A DNA stretch of 46,810 nt from a virus (lineage: Duplodnaviria > Caudoviricetes). The stretch covers positions 1 through 46,810 of IMG/VR virus record IMGVR_UViG_3300032218_002410; one strand, 5' to 3'. Under the pieces are notes generated by a model. That model was not told where the DNA came from. It searched no databases and saw nothing but the letters and a program-made list of their open reading frames with translations. The position numbers and the translations under genes are program-made. This document shows, in pieces, positions 9,396 through 18,048 of this stretch; positions within the stretch are counted from its first letter, which is position 1; every line of letters starts with the position of its first letter.

Positions 9396-10169
9396 ATGTC
9401 TACCACTGTTCTTTCCGGTACTTCCGGGGCCTTGTACTACAAGCCCGCCGGTACTAAGGCTCAGTTTCTGCCTGCCGCTGTCACCACCGGTACTGGCACC
9501 ATCACGCTGAACACCTACCTGAACTTCCAGGTTGGCGATCCCGTCAAGTTCTCCCTCGTTGATGCCAACGGCGGCAGCACCTCCGGGTCTTCCCTGCCCA
9601 CCGGTATAACCGCAGGCACCACCTATTACGTCAAGTCGTACACCCCTTCTACCGGGGCTGCAACGTTCTCTGCCACGTCAGGTGGTTCTCTGCTGGCTCT
9701 CAGTGCTGCTGGCACTGCAGTCGGCACCAACCTGTTCCAGGTGAACTACGCCGACTACGTGATTGTCGGCCAATGCCGTGACTGGTCCTTCTCTGTGACC
9801 CGTTCCGAGCTGGATGTCACCACCATTGGTGCCGCCCCCGGTCAGTTCGCACCCTTCAAGTCCTACATCAGCGGTTTTGCTGATGGTTCCGGTAGCGCCA
9901 CCGTCTTCGTCACTGACGACGACTTTGCGCTTTCCAACCGGATGGTGCAGGACGTGATGCAGCGTCAGCAAGTTGGTGCAGCCTTCAAGCTGTACACCAA
10001 CCAAGTGATCAGCGGCAGCACTGTCAGTGACACTGCCAGCCGTTGGATCTCGATGGACGCCGTGCTCACCAGCGCCGACATCTCCATCACTCCTGATGCT
10101 GCTCAGACCATCAACATCAAGTTCCGCCCCGCCGGCAACTTGAACTTTGACCTGAGCACCACTGCTTGA
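9396..10169 (+). CDS. major tail tube protein with an inserted N-proximal beta domain
   Basis: LSGTSGALYYKP...WSFSVTRSELDVTT...GFADGSGS; followed by a terminator. Confidence 0.88.
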   Translation: MSTTVLSGTSGALYYKPAGTKAQFLPAAVTTGTGTITLNTYLNFQVGDPVKFSLVDANGGSTSGSSLPTGITAGTTYYVKSYTPSTGAATFSATSGGSLLALSAAGTAVGTNLFQVNYADYVIVGQCRDWSFSVTRSELDVTTIGAAPGQFAPFKSYISGFADGSGSATVFVTDDDFALSNRMVQDVMQRQQVGAAFKLYTNQVISGSTVSDTASRWISMDAVLTSADISITPDAAQTINIKFRPAGNLNFDLSTTA

Positions 10170-10188
10170 TTTTTAAGCTGTAGTTCTT

Positions 10189-10215
10189 GCCCCGGCCGAA
10201 AACCGGGGCTTTTTT
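10189..10215 (+). terminator. intrinsic terminator after the tail tube gene
   Basis: GCCCCGG-loop-CCGGGGC followed by TTTTTT. Confidence 0.88.
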
Positions 10216-10263
10216 CATGCAAGATGTATATGTCTAAGCTAGTAAGGTACTTGACATTTCCAC

Positions 10264-10611
10264 GTGGCTTCGATCCCCACTAACCGCGCTATCGACAAGC
10301 TGCGGAAGGCCGCCAACCTCGAGCCCGTCAAAAAGAACGTTGAGCTGAACGACGGCACTGAGTTTGAGTTCTGGCACACTCCGCTGACCATGGCGGAGCG
10401 CGAAAAAGCCCAGAAGAACGCCAACAGTGAAGACGCCACCGCCTTCGCATTGCAGCTGCTGATCCAGAAGGCACTCGATGAGAACGGCCAGAAGCTGTTT
10501 GCTGTGGGTGATACCGCCGAACTGAAGACTGCCGTTCGCGACAGCGACCTGCAAAAGCTGATGTTTGCCGTCATCTCCAGCGAGGAGCCCCTCGATCCCA
10601 AAAGCACTTGA
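10264..10611 (+). CDS. tail assembly chaperone (gpG analogue)
   Basis: 115 aa between tail tube and tape measure; ends D-P-K-S-T at CCCAAAA. Confidence 0.85.
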   Translation: MASIPTNRAIDKLRKAANLEPVKKNVELNDGTEFEFWHTPLTMAEREKAQKNANSEDATAFALQLLIQKALDENGQKLFAVGDTAELKTAVRDSDLQKLMFAVISSEEPLDPKST

Positions 10612-10795
10612 GCTAGAGCTGTCGAAAGACAACTGGCTCCTGCTTCAGTTTGGAGTAGCAAAAGAACTGGGCATGACGCTCGGTGAATTAAGAACGACCA
10701 TGACTCCAGAAGAACTGGTGGGCTGGTCGGCTTACTTCTCGTACGTCAATGCCCAGCAGGAAAAGGCAATGGAAGAGGCTAAACGACGCCGTTAG
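10598..10795 (+). CDS. chaperone frameshift extension (gpT analogue), +1 frame
   Basis: open frame ALELELSKDNW...AKELGMTLGEL...MTPEELVGW with no good start of its own. Confidence 0.75.
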   Translation, partial: PKALELELSKDNWLLLQFGVAKELGMTLGELRTTMTPEELVGWSAYFSYVNAQQEKAMEEAKRRR

Positions 10796-10819
10796 GATGT
10801 AGTTACGAGCGGGCGTGCC

Positions 10820-13800
10820 TTGGCAACTTACGCAGCCAATATCGCAATCGATGTCCTCGGCTTAGGCAAGCTGGACAGTCTTGAAAGGCGCGTAAACGTA
10901 CTTAGGGAAAATTTCACAAAGATCAACGCCGCTGCAGCCAACATTTCAGCGCCGTTTCAGAACCACATCCAGGCTCTGGAGCGGATGAACACGCTTTTAG
11001 TAGCCAACGGGAGGCTATTGGAGCAACAGGCTAACGCCGCTGACAAGCTAAGCAGGGCAGCTGAAGGGGCCACAAAAGGGGGTAGAGGTAAGAGCGGACC
11101 CGATCCCCGAGTCCTGCAAGAACAAACCGAGCAGCTACAACGTCAAATCAATCTGCTACGTGATCGAGCCCGTGTGTTCGGGGCTGAAAACGAAGCAATG
11201 GATAAGCTCCGTGGAGCTTGGGTCGAACTGAATCGTGGAGCAAATGGAAATCTGACATTGGTCCGTCAGATGATCCGTAATGCTCGTGAGCTCGTAAAGA
11301 TCGATGAGGATCGTGCCAAGGCACTTGAAGCAACAGGAGGCCTGGCAATCAAGGAATACGAGGAGCGACTGCGCCTTGCTCGTGAGTTACGCGAGTTCGA
11401 GATTGAAACAGCCCGCAATCTGCGGGAGATGCGGGCAGAGGATCGGAGACGAGATAAAGCTGATAGTGATGCACGCGGCCGAGTTGCTTCAGGGCTAGGC
11501 CGAATAGATCAAGCGTGGGGCAGTCCCATCAAAAACATGGTGGGCGGGCTGACCGACAGCGCCCTGAAGTTTGGCAGCGTGATGGGAATCGAAGGGGCAC
11601 TGCAGATCCCCGGAGAGGGAATGGGAGTACGGGCAATCGGCGCTCACATGGGTGGCGTGTTCGAGCCCATTGCAAACGGCATTGCCAGCGTGATCAGCGC
11701 AGCCCATCACATGGGCCCAGAGCTTGCCGTTGCGATTGCTGGCTGTCTTGCCTTCTCCGACCAGCTCGGAGCGATGTTTGACACCGTCCTCAAGGGTGTG
11801 CCGGTATTTGGGAAGCTCGGCAAATCAATCCTGGATGTCACAGGAGTAACTGAGCGAGCAAAGCCAATCCTTAGCAGCCTCAGCCGAAGCGTTGAGGCGA
11901 TGAACGATAATGCCCTCACAAACTTCCTCTACGGCCTGGGCCCCAACAGCATGACGCTCCCGTCAACGGCGGGTGCATTTACCGAGCGAAGCGGGGCCAA
12001 TTCCTTTGGCCCAAACCTGAACAAGGAATTAATTGCAGCACTTAATAAAGAGCTGGCTCAGTTCGTCAAGGAGTCTGAGGAAGCAACCCGTGCTTGGCAA
12101 GCATTTGAAGCCGCCGGAAAATCTGAGCATGCTCGTGAACTTGCTCAAGCAGCTGAAGAGTTTGCAAAGTTCAAGCTTGACAGCATTGCCGAAACGGCAA
12201 ACGTTCAATCCCGTATAAGGCTGAGAAAAGCTGAAACCAAGGAGCTGTACGCACAAGCCAATTTAGTCAAAGAAACATACGGGTACAACGGCAAAGCTCC
12301 GGCATTGATGCCTGCCGGCTTTACCAGCAATGACGTTGGCATTAAAAACCGGCTGGATGACCAAGCAGCGGCAGCCAAGATCAATGCCGATCTTGAAATG
12401 GAGTTGGCAAAGATCGTCAATACACGCGAAATGGAGCTGGTACAAGAACTCCTAAACAAAGAAATTACAGCTACTGAACAGTTCCTTGCAGCTCGTACAG
12501 CAGCTGATGAGAAATGGTGGGCAGAACATGCTGCTCGATTTGAAGCCAACATCAAACGCGAAGAGGAACAGCAGGCAGCTGCAGACCAACGTAAAAAAGA
12601 TCGCAGCTCACGGTTGGAGAGCATTGCTCTGGGCGTGGGCTTCCCACTGCTATTTGGTGGCGGGACTGGAAGCGTCCTTGGCAGTTTGGCAGGCAGCTTC
12701 GTCGGAAGTGGATTTGGTGGTCAAATTCTGGGTGGTGCAATCGGTACTGCAATCGATGAGCTGGTAACAAAGACTATTGCCTTTAACAAGTCCCTTGCAG
12801 AGTTAAATGCCGGCCTGCCGCAATCCGGTGCCGCCCTGCGCACAACAGCAAAGGACGTTGATTTTCTCGCTGAACGACTTGGCTTGGCTAGAGAAGACGC
12901 ATTAAAACTAGTAGATACATTTAGTATTTTCGACTCGGCAAAAGCTCGTAAAGAGCTTGCCGCAGCCTTCGGAAAAGTTGGCGGAATTGAAACGGTCAAT
13001 GCGCTGGCCGGGATGACGGATGAAAAGAAAGCCGTCGAGGAAATTGCCAAATTACATAAACAAATTGGAAATGCCGCAACTGAAGAAGCACTAACTCAGC
13101 TGCGCACCAATGGTGCGAAAGCCGCGCAATTAGTCATCGAACAAAAACTGCTAGAAATAGCGTTTAGAAAGAGTCAAATTGAAGCAAGTCAGCCTACATT
13201 AAAAGATTTCGGCATGGCAATAGTTGATAACTTGCTCGCTGCTCGTACTGGAGGTGAGCCGGTAACCTATAAAACCTATGGAGAAAAACGTGTTGCTCAA
13301 CTGAAACAAGCAAACGCAGCGCAGGTCCTTGAGCTACTAAAACCATTGCAAGATTTGACTAAAAATCTTGAAAATGCGCGTAGTGAATTTTCCGATAAAA
13401 CAACCAACGCAGCCAAAAAATCAGCTGAACAGGTTGCCGCTGAGCAAGCTCGGATCAACGAGCAGCTCATGCGCGATCAGATTGAAATCGACAACGCGGT
13501 CTGGAATCACCGTCGCCAGCTGCTGGAGGAGGAGCGTGCGCTCCGCCGGCAGATTGCCGAAGCCGAGGGGCGCATTTACGGCCTGCAGCAGACCGGCGGC
13601 GGCAAGAGCGGTGCTGACATTGTCAACCAGATCATGTCGGTGCAGCGGGACTATCAGGAATCTGTACTGAAGCTGAAGTCAAATCAAGCCGACGCAATGA
13701 ATGGGCTGATCCAAGCCCAACGGGGTGTGGCAGCGACGGCTGCGGGGCCGGCTCCTACCGGCAGCAGGTTCAAACCCACCCAGTACCTCACTGGGGATCC

Positions 13801-15196
13801 AAACAGCCCGAATTACCGCGCTGATCACGGCGGCACCGCTAAATACCACGACCATCTGGCATTTGGTACACATGCTGAGGCAATGGCTGCTGCCAGAGCA
13901 TTAATGGCTGCCGGCATCAATGTCACTGAGTTGCAAGGATTGGGTGCGGGTGTAACGGGCCCCCACAGCGGACCCAATTCAGCTCACATGTCAGGCCTGG
14001 CTTTCGATGTACCCGGTTATCAATGGGGAGGGAGCGGAGCCATCGGATCTCGTGAATATGCAGGTTCTGCAAAAATCCGCTCCATTCTTGGGATGGGCAA
14101 CTCCAAGGTGGTCAAATCCCAAGGACAAGTTGGAGTGGCAGCAGCCGGTGTAGATGCCGCAAACAAGGGGCTGAAGGAGCAGATTCCCCTGCTCGAGGAA
14201 CTTCGTCGGCTCAAGGAGGATGAAGTCATTTCCGGTATTACCAGCTCTTACAAGGAGCAGGCCAAGGCCATCACCGACAGCACCGCCAGTTTGAAGCTAC
14301 GAAACCGTCTCGAAATGGAAGGCGTTAGTCCTGAGATAGTCGACGGCGAAGTAAAGAAAGCTGAGATTTACGGAAAAGCTGAGGAGCAGGTTAGGGCGCT
14401 GCGTGAAAGCCTGGCAGCTCTTGGTCCTAAGACTGAAAAGAACGCAGATGTCTTTGACCGGTTTAACCAAGCAATCAACGCCACTGAATCAGGATCGCGG
14501 GCTGCTGCCGCCGCCGTTGACGCCAATACCCAAGCTCTTCTCCAACAGAAAACCCCCGCGTTCGAGCTGGCCAAGAAGTACGGAGATTTACAGGTAGAGC
14601 TGGAACGGTTGTCCGACCCCGCAGCCAACATCATCAATGCTGCCGGCTCGATCAGCGCGGCCTTTGACAATACGTTCACCGCGATCACAACCGGCACCGT
14701 TACAGCCCAACAAGCCTTTGCACAGTTCACCCAGTCGCTAGCGGCCAACTTCATGAAGATGGCGACTCAGATGATCGCCAAGTGGATTGAGATGAAGATC
14801 ATCGGCCTGGCCATGAATTTCTTCCCGATGGAACCGTTCTCAGCGCCCGCAACGACGGGGCTGGGGAGCAATTTTAGTTCAGCCATTGGAAACGACACCG
14901 GCATCTCTTGGGGCAGTGCCCTTGGATTTAGAGCAGCCGGCGGTCCTGTCAGTAGCAACAGCCCCTACATCGTCGGGGAAAAAGGCCCCGAACTCTTTGT
15001 TCCTTCCTCAAGCGGTCGGATAATCCCCAACAATTCACTCGCAGGCGGCACTACCAATGTGGTCGTAAACGTTGACGCTACCGGCAGCAATGTTCAGGGC
15101 GATGCCGCGCAAGCCAAACAACTTGGAGCTGTCGTATCAATGGCGGTTCAGGCAGAATTGATCAAACAGAAACGTCCTGGAGGGATCCTTGCATAA
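10820..15196 (+). CDS. tape measure protein with an embedded putative zinc-peptidase domain
   Basis: 1458 aa, Ala-rich helical, Gly-rich hydrophobic segment, C-terminal RAAGGPV...YIVGEKGPELF...KRPGGIL. Confidence 0.92.
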   Translation: MATYAANIAIDVLGLGKLDSLERRVNVLRENFTKINAAAANISAPFQNHIQALERMNTLLVANGRLLEQQANAADKLSRAAEGATKGGRGKSGPDPRVLQEQTEQLQRQINLLRDRARVFGAENEAMDKLRGAWVELNRGANGNLTLVRQMIRNARELVKIDEDRAKALEATGGLAIKEYEERLRLARELREFEIETARNLREMRAEDRRRDKADSDARGRVASGLGRIDQAWGSPIKNMVGGLTDSALKFGSVMGIEGALQIPGEGMGVRAIGAHMGGVFEPIANGIASVISAAHHMGPELAVAIAGCLAFSDQLGAMFDTVLKGVPVFGKLGKSILDVTGVTERAKPILSSLSRSVEAMNDNALTNFLYGLGPNSMTLPSTAGAFTERSGANSFGPNLNKELIAALNKELAQFVKESEEATRAWQAFEAAGKSEHARELAQAAEEFAKFKLDSIAETANVQSRIRLRKAETKELYAQANLVKETYGYNGKAPALMPAGFTSNDVGIKNRLDDQAAAAKINADLEMELAKIVNTREMELVQELLNKEITATEQFLAARTAADEKWWAEHAARFEANIKREEEQQAAADQRKKDRSSRLESIALGVGFPLLFGGGTGSVLGSLAGSFVGSGFGGQILGGAIGTAIDELVTKTIAFNKSLAELNAGLPQSGAALRTTAKDVDFLAERLGLAREDALKLVDTFSIFDSAKARKELAAAFGKVGGIETVNALAGMTDEKKAVEEIAKLHKQIGNAATEEALTQLRTNGAKAAQLVIEQKLLEIAFRKSQIEASQPTLKDFGMAIVDNLLAARTGGEPVTYKTYGEKRVAQLKQANAAQVLELLKPLQDLTKNLENARSEFSDKTTNAAKKSAEQVAAEQARINEQLMRDQIEIDNAVWNHRRQLLEEERALRRQIAEAEGRIYGLQQTGGGKSGADIVNQIMSVQRDYQESVLKLKSNQADAMNGLIQAQRGVAATAAGPAPTGSRFKPTQYLTGDPNSPNYRADHGGTAKYHDHLAFGTHAEAMAAARALMAAGINVTELQGLGAGVTGPHSGPNSAHMSGLAFDVPGYQWGGSGAIGSREYAGSAKIRSILGMGNSKVVKSQGQVGVAAAGVDAANKGLKEQIPLLEELRRLKEDEVISGITSSYKEQAKAITDSTASLKLRNRLEMEGVSPEIVDGEVKKAEIYGKAEEQVRALRESLAALGPKTEKNADVFDRFNQAINATESGSRAAAAAVDANTQALLQQKTPAFELAKKYGDLQVELERLSDPAANIINAAGSISAAFDNTFTAITTGTVTAQQAFAQFTQSLAANFMKMATQMIAKWIEMKIIGLAMNFFPMEPFSAPATTGLGSNFSSAIGNDTGISWGSALGFRAAGGPVSSNSPYIVGEKGPELFVPSSSGRIIPNNSLAGGTTNVVVNVDATGSNVQGDAAQAKQLGAVVSMAVQAELIKQKRPGGILA

Positions 15197-15534
15197 TGGC
15201 CACATTTCCTAACTACAAGCCGGCATACTCGGCCACAAAAACCAGCCAACCAAAGGTCCACAAGACTAAGTTCGGTGACGGGTACGAAAACAGGGTGGTT
15301 TTTGGCTTGCACCAGAACCCAAAGGAATGGCAGCTTCAGTTCCTTGTTTCCGACACCGACGCTGCTGTCATAGAAACATTTTTCGATGTCCAGGGAGGTC
15401 GGTCCTCCTTTAACTGGACTACACCAGAAGGAACCTACGGTGACAAGTGGGTGTGCGAGCAGTGGAGCCGTGAAATGTACGACTACGGACAAAGCAAGAT
15501 CACCGCAACGTTTAGGCAGGTATTTGAGCCATGA
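15196..15534 (+). CDS. distal tail protein (lambda gpM-like)
   Basis: KFGDGYE.R...G...NPK.W and ATFRQVFEP. Confidence 0.9.
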   Translation: MATFPNYKPAYSATKTSQPKVHKTKFGDGYENRVVFGLHQNPKEWQLQFLVSDTDAAVIETFFDVQGGRSSFNWTTPEGTYGDKWVCEQWSREMYDYGQSKITATFRQVFEP

Positions 15535-16715
15535 CCGTCCCCGTCTCAGAGCTTCAGTCCATAGCGCCTAGCGCGATTATCGAATTGTTTGAGCTGCAGC
15601 TCAATACAGCGATCCAAGGCAGTAACACAATTTACCGCTTCCACGCCGGCACCAACGCAACCGGCACCAATGATGATGTGGTGTGGGCGGGCAACACCTA
15701 CCAGGCGTTTCCGATTGAGGCCGAAGGTTTTGAATACAGCGGCAACGGCCAGCTCCCGCGCCCCAAGATCCGCGTCAGCAATATCCTCGGCACCATTACC
15801 GCCATCATCCTGGCCACACCGTTAGAAGGCGCCAAGGTCACACGCATCCGCACGATGGCCAGGTATCTGGATGCGGTGAACTTTGAAGGTGGCACTAATC
15901 CCTACGGCACACCTGATCCGACTGCTGAGTTTCCGCGTGAGGTGTACTACATCGACCGCAAGAGCGCCGAAACCCGCGATGTGGTGGAGTTTGAACTTGC
16001 AGCGGCATTCGATTTAGTCTTTGTACGAGCGCCAAAACGGCAGTGCATTTCCAACATCTGTCAATGGGTCTACCGCTCGGCCGAATGCAGCTACACCGGG
16101 CCGCCAGTTGCCAACGAAAATGACCAACTGCTGACTGGTCTTCGCAGTTCTCCGCAGGCAATTGCTTACGAAAACGCCAAGATCGCGTTTGAGGCGGTTG
16201 TGACGCCTTACAACAATGCCCAGAACGCTCTTAATGCTGCTACCAACACGATGAACAGCGCCCAAGGGCAATGGGTTCTGGCTGAAGAACGATATGACGA
16301 AAACAACTATGTCGTCGCAAATGCTTCTATTGGCTACTGGAGCGGATACGAAGTCTCAATAGGCAGCGAATACAGGATTGGCAGCTACCAGTATTCGAGC
16401 TACTGGGGGGATGATTACGTAGATTATTACAGCATCCAGCGGTGGTATTTGGACTCTTCGCCCGTGACTGCAGCGCAAGCTGCTTACGGTACTGCATTGA
16501 CTAACTACAACACGGCGTTGGCCAACTACAACACCGCCCTGGCGGCTCGCAATGCTGCCTTCGCCGCTTGGCAAGCATCACCTTCCTTTCAAAGCGAAAT
16601 CAATGCTAGCGGTGACGTTTGCGGCAAACGTCTAAGTAGCTGCAAACTCCGGTTTGGGGCAACCGCTCAGTTGCCATTTGGCTCGTTCCCTGGAGTTGGC
16701 ACCTACTTCACATGA
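15531..16715 (+). CDS. tail tip protein (lambda gpL-like) with a large insertion
   Basis: [32 protein letters not shown]; Cys pairs [10 protein letters not shown] and CGKRLSSC; ends PFGSFPG. Confidence 0.92.
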   Translation: MTVPVSELQSIAPSAIIELFELQLNTAIQGSNTIYRFHAGTNATGTNDDVVWAGNTYQAFPIEAEGFEYSGNGQLPRPKIRVSNILGTITAIILATPLEGAKVTRIRTMARYLDAVNFEGGTNPYGTPDPTAEFPREVYYIDRKSAETRDVVEFELAAAFDLVFVRAPKRQCISNICQWVYRSAECSYTGPPVANENDQLLTGLRSSPQAIAYENAKIAFEAVVTPYNNAQNALNAATNTMNSAQGQWVLAEERYDENNYVVANASIGYWSGYEVSIGSEYRIGSYQYSSYWGDDYVDYYSIQRWYLDSSPVTAAQAAYGTALTNYNTALANYNTALAARNAAFAAWQASPSFQSEINASGDVCGKRLSSCKLRFGATAQLPFGSFPGVGTYFT

Positions 16716-17437
16716 AAACCACCACACGCGCTGCTGCGCTGGAGCACGCCAAAGCCGAAGATCCACGCGAGGCTTGTGGGTTGGTCGTGGTGGTTAAGGG
16801 TCGCGAGCGCTACTGGCCGTGCAAAAACCTCAGCACCGAGCCTGGCGATTTCTTCACGCTTGACCCTGAAGACTTTGCCAAGGCTGAGGATGCTGGCGAA
16901 GTATTGGCAATTTTTCACAGCCATCCAATATCACCGCCCACACCCAGCCAAGCGGATCGTGTGGCGTGCGAGAAGTCCGGCCTGCCCTGGTACATCGTCA
17001 ACCCCAAAACCGAAGCATGGGGAGAGTGCAAGCCATGCGGTTACGTTGCTCCGCTGATTGGTCGTGAATGGACGTGGGGGCAAACAGACTGCTGGAGCCT
17101 GGTGCGCGATTACTACGGCGAGCAGGGCATCGTGCTACCAGATTGGGAACGACCGCTCACCTACGCCGAGTTTGAGGCCAATCCCATGTTTGAAGGCTGC
17201 TGGCGGGAGGCAGGCTTTGAGCAGGTATCCGAGGAGGACATTCAACCCGGCGATGCGGTGCTGATGTGCGTTTCAGGCACCGGACTCAATCACGTTGGCG
17301 TCTACCTCGGCGATCAGATGCTGCTGCACCACCTCGGGCCCAACAGGCTTTCCAGCAGAGATATTTATGGTGGCTGGATACGCAAGTGCGTGGGCTGGGT
17401 GGGTCGGCTTAAAATAGACAAAGGGTCGGCGGTCTAA
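16712..17437 (+). CDS. tail assembly protein K (JAB/MPN + NlpC/P60)
   Basis: PREACGL, HSHP....[19 protein letters not shown]...MLLHH. Confidence 0.93.
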   Translation: MKTTTRAAALEHAKAEDPREACGLVVVVKGRERYWPCKNLSTEPGDFFTLDPEDFAKAEDAGEVLAIFHSHPISPPTPSQADRVACEKSGLPWYIVNPKTEAWGECKPCGYVAPLIGREWTWGQTDCWSLVRDYYGEQGIVLPDWERPLTYAEFEANPMFEGCWREAGFEQVSEEDIQPGDAVLMCVSGTGLNHVGVYLGDQMLLHHLGPNRLSSRDIYGGWIRKCVGWVGRLKIDKGSAV

Positions 17438-18048
17438 TGCGCGAGATCAGGATCTACGGAGCATTGGCCAAGTTTCTCAAGCGGCGCGTGTTTCGCGCTG
17501 AGGTGGCATCAGCAGCAGAAGCTGTGCGGTTTCTGGTGGCCAATTTCCCCGCCGTCGAAAAGCACATGGCGGATCAGCATTACCGGGTAAGTCTTGGCGA
17601 GCGCGACCTTGATCTAGAAGAGATCCATGATCCTGCCGGCCAACAGGTGATCAAGATCGTGCCCGTGGTGGCCGGCGCCGGCAAAGTCGGATCAATTATT
17701 GCCGGCGTAGCGTTAATCGCTCTTGCGATTGCGGTCCCAGGGCTTGGTGCAGCAGCAGGAGCACAAGCAGCGGCCACAATCTTCGGGACAGGATTCAGTT
17801 CACTTTCGCTTTCTGTAGGGCTTCTTGGCGCCAGCTTGGTGCTCGGTGGTGTCGCTCAACTTTTGACGCCCACACCAACACTTTCAACTGGCACTGATTC
17901 CAACAACGACCCTCGCAAGTCTTATAGCTTTAGCTCAATTCAGAACACATCGCGCCAAGGCACGCCCGTGCCCGTGGTTTACGGCGAAACCATCGTCGGC
18001 TCTGTCGTAATCAGCGCCGGCATTGACATCGCGCAGAAGGCGGCATGA
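17437..18048 (+). CDS. tail assembly protein I
   Basis: IKIVPVVAGAG, hydrophobic middle, SYSFS...N.S.QG.PVPVVYG. Confidence 0.92.
   Translation: MREIRIYGALAKFLKRRVFRAEVASAAEAVRFLVANFPAVEKHMADQHYRVSLGERDLDLEEIHDPAGQQVIKIVPVVAGAGKVGSIIAGVALIALAIAVPGLGAAAGAQAAATIFGTGFSSLSLSVGLLGASLVLGGVAQLLTPTPTLSTGTDSNNDPRKSYSFSSIQNTSRQGTPVPVVYGETIVGSVVISAGIDIAQKAA

Noticed and set aside
16270-16460. Tyr-rich gpL knob as a DGR variable repeat
   Set aside because: no reverse transcriptase gene and no second template copy seen in the genome; action in trans cannot be excluded
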